From Girardia tigrina (lineage: Eukaryota): a stretch of 64,000 nucleotides of DNA. A program made the position numbers and the translations under genes. The notes beneath the pieces were generated by a model. The model saw only the letters and a program-made list of their open reading frames with translations. It ran no database searches and had not been told where the DNA came from. Location: NCBI GenBank assembly GCA_001938485.1, contig MQRK01245143.1, positions 2,971 to 66,970 on the forward strand. Direction: 5' to 3'. This document shows, in pieces, positions 1 through 9,159 of this stretch. Numbering within the stretch: the stretch's first letter is position 1; every line of letters begins with the position of its first letter.

Positions 1-497
1 TACACTAACTGAAATTAATAAATAAAAATGGTAGAGTCAAAATAATGTAGGCGGCAGTTAAACGATTTAGAAAAATATATCAAAAAAACGACATAACATT
101 TGGGTACCCCTAATAAATACTTTACTTAATAACTCTAAATTTTAAATCTTTTTTTTCTCTTAAAAATAAATGGAACTCGAACTTTATAATCAAGTAAAGT
201 AAATCTTGGAAATCAAGAAGCTTTAGAATTAAAACTGAAAGAATATAATAAATGTAACTATGCAACGAAAGATGCTATTGGAAAACAAAACATGGTTGAT
301 GCTTTTTTATTAAGAGATGTATGTGGTAGATTAACAAATACTCTTGCATATTTAGATAATGAATTGAAATTAAGGAAGGTGAAATAGCTGAGATGAAAGA
401 ATTAATCTCAGTACCTGATCTGGAAAAGATTCAAAAGATTTCAGAAATTAAAAGGGAAAAACCTGTTGTTGTAAACAGTGATAAAATTAAAGAACGT

Positions 498-689
498 TTA
501 CTCAGAAGAATGAAAGAAGCTGGACAATTTTATTCTAAGCAAATAAAAAACTAAAAATAAAACTACTATGAATAGTACAACACTTATTATTTTAAAGAAA
601 AATATTTTATTATTTAATTGTATTGAATATTTATCAAAAATCTCTAAGACTCTATTAAACTCAGAATTTATTGCATTTATTGTTTTCAT
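498..689 (-). CDS. small single-pass membrane protein (63 aa), unknown function
   Basis: Intact ORF head-to-head with the ATPase, with one hydrophobic run (IISVVLFIVVLFLVFYLL). Could be a chance ORF in AT-rich DNA. Confidence 0.35.
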   Translation of the reverse strand: MKTINAINSEFNRVLEIFDKYSIQLNNKIFFFKIISVVLFIVVLFLVFYLLRIKLSSFFHSSE

Positions 690-707
690 CTTTTTTTAAA
701 TAAAAAT

Positions 708-1195
708 ATGACTTTTAACCCAGTTTTTAATATAAATAAAATAAAATTTAACCATCATCCTAACTTACCAAGTTGTTTCAGAATGTTAATTGTTGGATCT
801 TCTGGATGTGGAAAAACAAATTTATTGTTAAGAATGTTACCATTAGACAATTTTCTTGATTATGATAACTTAATAATTTTCAGTAAAACACTATCTCAAC
901 CAGAATATCAGATAGTGTTTCATGGTTTTGAAAATAAATTATCTAAAAAATCTATAAGATATATTTTTGAAAATCAGGAAGAATTATTCAAAGTAGCAGA
1001 AAAATCTATAGAAGAAGTTGTCAAGCAATATAGTTTACAAAATCCTGAAAATAATAATATTAGTATCAAGTTTTATGAAAACGTTAATGATGTAATTCCT
1101 CCAGAGAAATTACCTAAAAATAAAAAAATCTAATAATTTTCGATAATTGTATTAATGAAAAGAATCAAAATATAATGGAAAAATATTTTACAAGA
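708..1195 (+). pseudogene. A32-like (FtsK/HerA) DNA packaging ATPase, frameshifted and truncated
   Basis: Walker A FRMLIVGSSGCGKTNLL. After a frameshift at the A-run near 1125 it reads Walker B-like NLIIFDNC, then NIMEKYFTR, stopping just before the expected GRH motif. Confidence 0.8.
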
Positions 1196-2520
1196 TGTCG
1201 TGTTCTCTTCTCTCGACAACATTTTCGTGAACTCAGAGCCCCCATCCGTTTTTTGAGTTCAACGGCAACTCCAATATATCATTTACATTCCTGTATACTC
1301 ATTTACACCAATGAGGAACGGACGCGTCGCCTCCGCACACATCAACAAATTGTGTGGGCTTCGGAGCGCCTTCGGGCTCGAACCAGTAACGAGGATGGCC
1401 CGACTGGTAACTCAGCTTCTGAGGGGTAGACATTGTTTCATTCGGTGATTGTGAATTATACTCGTGAGTTATCATTTTAGATTATACAGGACAAAGAGAG
1501 CCTCAAGGAAGTAAACAAGGGTCTGCCCGCGTGCCCCTTGAATGCTGCGGTCAGCCTGTGTCACTTCCCCAAAGTTCTTCGCCCATTCAGAGACTCAATT
1601 AAGGTTCGTAATCGAAACTCATTTTGTATTTACACCTAATCTAATTTGACAATACTGACAATATTTTATTATACTTGACAATGTTTATCTGTGATTATAT
1701 TAATTGGTTATATCGATAATACTTTATGCTAATACTTTTTGCTATGGTGATCGCGACCGTTGCCATGGTAACCGAGACCGTATTATCGATATAACCAATT
1801 AATATAATCACAGATAAACATGTCTTTATGAGTTAACAAATCGAGAAATATTACACTGACATTTTGTGTCATTTAGATTTGCGATTTTGAATTTATTTAG
1901 TTGTTTTCTTTTATTACCACTCGGTCTTGTATGTTTTTACAATAGATAGACGACAAGTGTGGTTAAATAACAGTTTCACATATTGTCTATAAACTGATCC
2001 CATTAGTGACGAATCTAATTTAATTCAATTATTGCAATTTATTATTTTCAATTATATTAAGGCGATTGTCACAGAAGATACCATTAAGTCGAGACAGCAG
2101 ACTCTAGTACTAATATCTTGACTCTATTAAACGTTTATCCCCGATTGAACAGTCTATTTAACCACTCCATATTACTAAGGACACTATTTACAACTCAGAA
2201 ATTTATTTATAAGAGCAGCTTATTATAATAGAGCCACATAAATTCGAAGACTTTTGTTAAAATTGAATAAATAAGAAAGTGGTTAGATGAAACTAAGAAA
2301 TTCCCTTTTCACCATCTTTAATTGTTGTATTCTTCCATTATCATATTCAATTTAATAATTCAATAATCTCCCAATTTCATCTTTCAATTTACTAATTTAG
2401 CTTGACAATTTAATAATTTAATAAGAACAATAATATTCAATTTAATAATTCAAAGTAATTAATTAGGATTTCTTTAGCATCAACCTCAATTGTTAAATTC
2501 ATCTATTATTATTGTAATAT
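1196..2520. mobile_element. left part of a large LTR-like repeat, related to 15526-18702
   Basis: Starts TGTCG exactly where the ATPase breaks. Shares TGTC...AAC.ATTTT...CTCAGAGCC and AAGATACCAT...GAGAC blocks with 15526 onward. Right end approximate. Confidence 0.55.
1681..1821. repeat. 42-bp perfect inverted repeat (small foldback/MITE)
   Basis: 1681-1722 is the exact reverse complement of 1780-1821, with a 57-bp spacer. Confidence 0.9.
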
Positions 2521-2890
2521 CTCCCGATATTTTCGTATGTATTTTTATTATATTTCTTGTGCATCGTTGTTTGTTCATCGTCTATGGTGTGTTTGCGATC
2601 TTTCAACTCATGTTTGTGAAATGCGAGTTTCGAGGGATAGGTTCACCAGCTTTAAAAATGGGCCCAGCACCCGGGAGCGACTTGTCCATAGGGGCTTGTT
2701 ATGCGGTGATTGCGTATCTTGTTTCGATTCGAGAGTGGTGAGCGAGGGTGTTGTCCGTGGATCGAGGCACCTCCACGACCTGCTCACTGAGAAATTAGCA
2801 TTGAAAAATACGAAGACTCGCGGGAAAATTAAAGAGAAGGTACAAAAGGACTTCAAATTGGAACATGAAACACCAGAGACGAGGAATACC

Positions 2891-3417
2891 TGGGAAATAT
2901 TCATAAGACTCCCGACGGAGTATTAAAAACCAGACGTTTCACGGAACCAATTACCGGTAAAGAATTTCGAGACAAGGTGCAACAGGACATAGAACACGAA
3001 TTCTATCTGTCCATCAACGGTCAAATAATTGAAGATGGTGCAATTATTCCGGCGAACTCGATAGTTGATGTCAAATTTCGGCTAAGAGTAGGGAATGAAA
3101 ATGATGACATAAACGACGAAAAACCTGAAACGCAGTGGGAAGAAGGAAATGATCAGAAAATGAAATTGAAAATGCAGTTAACAAGGATTCAAATTCAGGC
3201 CTTGGATGAGCTCTGGATCAAGGATGATGAGAGAAGGAAATGTGAAGAATATGAATCCGAATTCAAAAAGTTTGTCAAGAGATATGAAGACCTCGTAATC
3301 TTGGGGAAGGAGTTAGACTATAAACAAGAAGCAGAAAAATTATCAAAAGAAAAAGACGAGTCAAGGAGAAATACAAATTTGATGTTTATGAAATTTATGT
3401 TGGTTTGTGAGAATTGA
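2891..3417 (+). pseudogene. ubiquitin-like domain fused to an acidic/coiled-coil region
   Basis: With one frameshift near 2905 it reads WEIFI-KTPDGVLKT...FRDKVQQD...FYLSINGQIIEDG...SIVDVKFRLRVG, following the ubiquitin pattern and ending in an LRLRGG-like motif. An E/K-rich tail follows. Confidence 0.5.
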
Positions 3418-3514
3418 TTGTTCGAAATAATAAAAAATTGTAAAATAAATTTTGGCACGGAGATTTTTTTGTTTAATTTGAGGTAAATGGTGAATTTTAC
3501 GAAAAGGGCATCGT

Positions 3515-3760
3515 TGGTCAGAAAATCGAAGAATTTTTCAGTCGCTCTTGATCGTTATAATAAAATTATCGAACTTGATCAAAAAAATTGCACGTTTTAT
3601 ACTAACGTTGTGCTGAACGTTTCGAGAGAGGAGAATATGCGCAATGTATTGTAGTGTGTGATAAATCCGTTGGTCGGACGTGAAAATCAGGTTGATTATA
3701 AATTATTCGCCAAAACCGGTTCAAGAGCGCGGAATGCTCATTTAAAATTAGATGATCTAA
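3515..3760 (+). pseudogene. STIP1: STIP1/Hop (STI1) TPR2A fragment
   Basis: Frameshifted translation KSKNFSVALDRYNKIIELDQKNCTFYTNV..FERGEYAQCIVVCDKSV..GRENQVDYKLFAKTGSRARNAHLK parallels Hop TPR2A (KKDFDTALKHY...[20 protein letters not shown]). Not in the ORF track. Confidence 0.8.
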
Positions 3761-3941
3761 TTTTGATATATACTTGAATCGAACTCCGAATTTAAACTGT
3801 TCACATCTCTTTCCTTCTCACCCCAGGTGGATCAAAAAAACTTCATAAATATCGCAAAACAATTATTATATCCTCGTCCATTATTTCGATTAATTCCTCT
3901 GTAATTATTTCTACCATTCTGCTATGAATTATTATTATTTC

Positions 3942-3997
<56 letters not shown>

Positions 3998-4107
3998 TCC
4001 ATCATCTCAAAGTAACTACACCACACTCTGTCAATGTCGATCGAACAATTCGTTATTATTTCCTTTGTAATTATTTCTACCATTCTGGTATGAATTATTA
4101 TTATTTC

Positions 4108-4155
<48 letters not shown>

Positions 4156-4471
4156 AAAGCAATTTGAAAAATATTTATCGGAACACCATGTTCCAGACAC
4201 CGTTAAAAAATTAACGAAATGTTCGATCGACATTGACAGAGTGTGGTGTAGTTACTTTGAGATGATGGAGAATGAGTGCTTGTCACAGTTATTTGAATCG
4301 GAAGACGGGGCTGGAACGGCGAGCCGCAGAGATCTGGCGATCGAGATGAGCGAGTAAGAGAGCGAGGGTGATGGTGGAGAGATTACGTTGTGTTTCTCCC
4401 CCCCCATGTCCCGGAAACACTGATTTCCCAACCCCGGGACGCCACCATCACGGTACGCCCGCTCTGGCGCC

Positions 4472-4544
<73 letters not shown>

Positions 4545-4725
4545 GAAATAATAATAATTCATAGCAGAATGGTAGAAATAATTACAGAGGAATTAATCGA
4601 AATAATGGACGAGGATATAATAATTGTTTTGCGATATTTATGAAGTTTTATGATCCATCTGGAGTGAGAAGGAAAGAGATGTGAACAGTTTAAATTCGGA
4701 GTTCGATTCAAGTATATATCAAAAT
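3760..4725. repeat. nested inverted duplications with (AAT)n/(ATT)n microsatellites
   Basis: 3760-3995 is inverted to 4472-4725, and 3994-4055 is inverted to 4212-4273. 4057-4153 is a direct partial copy of the left arm. Confidence 0.9.
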
Positions 4726-4984
4726 AAAGGGGGTAGATATGGGAAGAGTTATCAAATGCCAAAGACACGAAATATTGTGCTTCGGAAAATGATTTTTGTT
4801 TGAAAAAATGAATTTACGTGCATTATTTGAAGCTGTGATTGCGGTGAATATATATCGTCATTGAGTTTATTTATTACTTATTATTTATCCCAAGCTATCG
4901 CAGCAGTCTATGATGATCAAATTGGGGATATTATCAATAGTTATGACGGTACCAGCGACTTCTCGGAGTGGATTTCCTAATTTA

Positions 4985-5380
4985 TTCTAAAATGGTCGAA
5001 ATTAATGGTCGAAGTCGTGTAAACGGGATAACGTCCTTCAAGAAGTGAGTGGTGAGATGACAAAGAGGCAGGTGTTTTCGTGGTGTGGTCAAACAACTGG
5101 GCATTTTCCTGTTGCTGGATGGTTAAGACCCGCGTGTAGTCTGATGAAGCGAATCTTGATCGAGCTGAAGTGCGATGATAAGATAGATGAAACAAGTGTT
5201 GGAATGTTGATGCATATTCAGATGCGTTTGAATGAATGTGATTTAGTGGGTGGAGTGTGGAGTATTCCGAAGTCAAAAATGGGCCGCGTATGGTGTGATG
5301 CAAGTAGCCTCGCGTTCGGTGTATGTTTGGAAGTAGATCATATCATTGTAGAAGATAATTGCTGGTTACGGAATAAATGT
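4985..5380 (+). pseudogene. LTR-retrotransposon RT connection/RNase H fragment
   Basis: WCGQTTGHFPVAGWLRPACS and VWCDASSLAFGVCLEV motifs. Same family as 45790-47580. Confidence 0.75.
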
Positions 5381-5513
5381 TGGTGTTAGAGAGGGCGCAT
5401 CATGGTTGCGGCGTTCCGGGGTTGGGGGTGGACTGCGGGACGCAGGGGGAAATAAATCGAAGCTCACCCTGCTCTTTCTTCTGCAATTCGAACTCATCGA
5501 CCTCCAAATCCAA

Positions 5514-5915
5514 TCACTTCTTCATTTCATCTGATTTGATTTGTAATTGTTTTAACATTTCATCGTGTTCCGGTCCGCATCCGTGCTCATAGATGATTTT
5601 CTTCAACACGTCCTTCTCGTCTTTATCGTTAGCCGGTAGTCTGTAAACTTTGACATGATCGACTCTCAATGTCCAGCCTCTTCTTTGATCTTGATAGCAA
5701 ATGAAACAAAATCCCTTCGATCGAGCGGTGCGTCGGTCGCGATTGAGATTCAAATTGACTATTTCTCCATATTGAGAAAAAAAACAAGTGATATCACCCT
5801 CGAAATATTCGTATCTCAATCCGCCAACGTAGAACCAACAAATCTCATTTTATTTATCGTGCCATTAACCTATGGAATTTACGATTCCGTATTTCAATTC
5901 GGTTTCAGTATTCAT
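5514..5915 (-). pseudogene. RBMX2: RBMX2/Snu17 RRM pseudogene fragment
   Basis: WFYVGGLRYEYFEGDITCFFSQYGEIVNLNLNRDRRTARSKGFCFICYQDQR..TLRVDHV. There are stops upstream and a deletion of the STILAVDN segment. Confidence 0.85.
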
Positions 5916-6791
5916 TAAAATTTATTTTGTTGTCGAATTTAAAAATTACGCCTCAAAAATTTTTTATTCAATTAACCTACAAAATTTTATAATTGTGATC
6001 AAGCACACAAATATAAATTATACCACACAAATTTTCACGCCATATTTATTAAAAGATCAAGACCAATGAATTCTTTTATTTTTCTTTCAAATTTCATCTT
6101 TTTTCGAATCGCGCAAAAAACCTCTCAATCACTTTTTCGCAGTAAATTGAAAATCAACCATTTACAACAATAATTTCATTGAAGCGTTTAAACAAACGCA
6201 ATTTTTTTAACTTATTCAACAATAATAATCAATTCGATAATTTTTCCGATAATTAATTTTTTTCTATAATTGATTTTTTTCGTTTCTTTAATTATTATTG
6301 TTTTTATTTTTTTAAATAAAAATTACACACAGAAAATAAAAATTGACCACTTAAAATACATATCAAAGCTAATTCAAAACAATTTATCACAATTTCTGTT
6401 TAGTTCCAAGTACCAAATCAATTCATTAATTTCGATGTGGAAGAATCATTGACACCGAATTGCGAGACATCTTCGTTCATATTAATTGATACTTCATTGA
6501 AATTAGAATTCAATAATTTGATTTGAATTTTTAAATTTCGATATTTTTCACTAATTTTGACTAGAAATTCCGATAAATCATCTTCGAACATTTTTTATCG
6601 ACAGACAAAGATAAATTTAACATTCTATTTTTGAAAATTTCAAATAATATTTTGATTTTTGTGATGGAACCTCGATGAAATTGGTAACTTAAAAGATGAA
6701 AAAAAGATATTATTAATAAAAATTAGACTTCAAAGAGAAAAAGAACTTCAGATCGGAGCGATCAAAGGTAGACCTACAAATGAGTCAATTA

Positions 6792-8141
6792 TTAGGTTGT
6801 TGCATAAGTTCCCGCCGTTTTTTAAACATTTATTTTCAAAGAAATCAAAGAATTTTAACAACCAAAATAATGACTCAGTTAATTATATATTTAATGAAAT
6901 CATAAAATTTTAACAGCAAAAATAATAACACTTCAATTAATTATGTACTCTCCTTCATTGTTCACTACTTCTTCCCATCTTTCCACCAGTTTGTTAATTC
7001 CATTTCGCCAGAAATACTTAGGTCGAGTCTTGAAGAAGTTGTTGAGCCAATTCTCAAGATGATCCTGATTTTCGAAGCTAAGACCCTTCATTTCATTTGA
7101 AAGGCATCGGAAGAGATGGTAATTCGTCGGGTCGAGGTCTGGGGAATAGGGAGGATGTTGAAGGACCTCCCAACCGAGCTCTTGGAGTGCCATCTTGACA
7201 GTTTTTTGCGGTGTGTTGTCGAGCATTGTCATGGAAGAGGATCACCTGGCCTTGTCGATCCGGTCTTTTTTGTTGAATTGCCTCATTGACTTGATGTAAT
7301 TGGGCTTAATAGAGATTCTTTTCTACTGCCATGTTCTTTCCAAGCATTTTCCTAGTGAATTAGACCTTTCTAATCCCACCATACGCAAATCATTGTCTTC
7401 ATCGGGTGCAGGTCTTTCTTGATCTTGGGCTTAGGCTTCTCTCCAGGACTCACCCACTCTTTTCTTTGCTTCATATTCACATAGAGGCACCATTTCTCGT
7501 CTCCAGTGACGATTCTGTATAAGAAACGGTACCTGTGGCCATGGCTTCCTTGGTGTCAAGCGAGATTTTGAGCATCAATGGAAAGTCGCTTATCCTTCTG
7601 TTTTGGGGTAAGTTCGTGCGGGACCCAAGCTCCAAGCTTTTGAGTGAAACCCATCGACTGAAGATAGCGTGAAATTGTCGCAAAATCACAATTCATCGTT
7701 TCGGCAAATTTTCTGCATGTCTGGCGGCCATCTTCCTTCAAAAGATCCCCAAGTTGGTCCTCGACCATCTCAACTGATCTTCCGGAACGAGGAGCGTCGT
7801 TGAGGTCGAATTTATCGTGTTTGAACCTAGCATAACCAATCCCGAGCAGTTCTCTCAGCTATAGCGTCCTCTACATACACGGCACAAATATCTCTGGTAG
7901 CTTCACTCGCTTTTTGACCTTGATTAAAGGCGAAAAGAAGGACGTGTCGAAAATGCGATTTTTTGTCGACTTGACAATCCATTTGACGGTTCTAAAAAAA
8001 GACAAAAAAATAATATTAGCAAAAACGATTACTTTAATCGTGTAGAGCATAGCACAGGCTTTCTAATGGTATATAACACTGCCAAAAATCAAAAAATTCT
8101 TTGTAGACAAATAGTTTCATGTAACGACGAGAACAACCCAA
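6792..8141 (-). mobile_element. mariner transposon, decayed (transposase 7982-6933)
   Basis: TA flanks. TIR TTAGGTTGTTGCATAAG, with the other end partly deleted. Motifs WVPHEL and HPPYSPDL, with frameshifts. Confidence 0.93.
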
Positions 8142-8350
8142 TATAACAGTTTATTATATTGAGGAATTTTATGATATAAATGATTTTAATGAATTTACTG
8201 ATGATTTACAAAAAGTTGAAATAAAAAAGGAAGAAAATATGTTGCACTATCAAAACATTCCCGATGTAGATATAAATGTTAATTTAATAAGTAAAAGTGT
8301 GTCAAAAAGAAGTAAAAATTTTTGTACTAAAGTAATAAAAAAATGAATCT

Positions 8351-9147
8351 TTGAAAGATAACAAAATTGATGATGGTAAAAAATCTAAATATAATTCGAA
8401 AATGTGGTGGTTATCATTAATAATGATTTTATTCTTATTTATATCTCCAACGATATCTTTAGTAACGTATGATTGTTCACAAACAGAACTGGGCAAAATA
8501 TATTCATTAATGGATGTCTTAGAATGTGCTAAAGCTTACCCATTACAAATTAAAGAAGAGAAAAATGTTTTATATCATTTGTTTCAAGAATCAGGATTTA
8601 GAAGAGCAGAAGTTCGACAGTGTATAGTCAAACGTGCTACTTATGTTTTTCATTGTGTAAAAAGGAGTCACTCTTCTCTTATTAAAATAGACGCTATACC
8701 GAGACCTGTTGATATTCTACCAGAAAATTGTGAAGCAGCATTTCAAACAAAACAACTAAAATTGATTTCACTTTAACTTTAACTGCCAAAGTTGGATATA
8801 TAACAAGAGAATCTGTATTTCGAAATGGAGTAATGGATCCGGATGGAGAGTGCAAAGGAGAATCTGTAAAATTAGGAAATAAAATAGTAGATAAAATTAT
8901 GGTCTCAGAGGAATATCAAACAGAATTGAGAGAATTTGAAGGAATTTTTGATTTATTTTGATTTTTTGAAGGCATTTTTACAGGGAAATTACAGTCCCAT
9001 CCATTTTGTAATTATGGAACTACAAGCTGTCAAACAGGAGAATCTGTATTATTATACTCAGTTAATTAAAAAGATTGTAATTTTGCCTTTCTGAAATCAG
9101 CAGAATTTATTGAAGCTCAAGGCATTCAAATACAAGAAAGACCAGAT
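8351..9147 (+). pseudogene. viral envelope glycoprotein ectodomain, chuvirus-G-like / class III fusogen-like, truncated
   Basis: Signal-like MWWLSLIMILFLFISPTISL, then VTYDCS..YSLMDVLEC, C..FHCVKRSHSS and ENCEAAF. After a frameshift: GVMDPDGECKG, HPFCNYGTTSCQTGES, KDCN. Cysteine spacing recalled from chuvirus-like glycoproteins; not confirmed by search. Confidence 0.65.
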
Positions 9148-9159
9148 ATGTTAAAACCG

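Larger units (their letters stand above)
1..1195 (+). mobile_element. Polinton/Maverick (adintovirus-like) fragment
   Basis: Compact intronless AT-rich ORFs starting after A-rich TAAAAATG/TAAATG-like contexts (near 28, 170, 708), plus an A32-like packaging ATPase. Cut on the right by the insertion at 1196. Confidence 0.65.

Noticed and set aside
4385-4472. tRNA gene or hammerhead ribozyme (ends ...GGCGCCA, contains CTGA and GAAA)
   Set aside because: No cloverleaf, T-loop or CUGANGA core in the right order.
3922-4643. Poly-Ile/poly-Asn ORFs
   Set aside because: Translations of (AAT)n microsatellites within inverted duplications.
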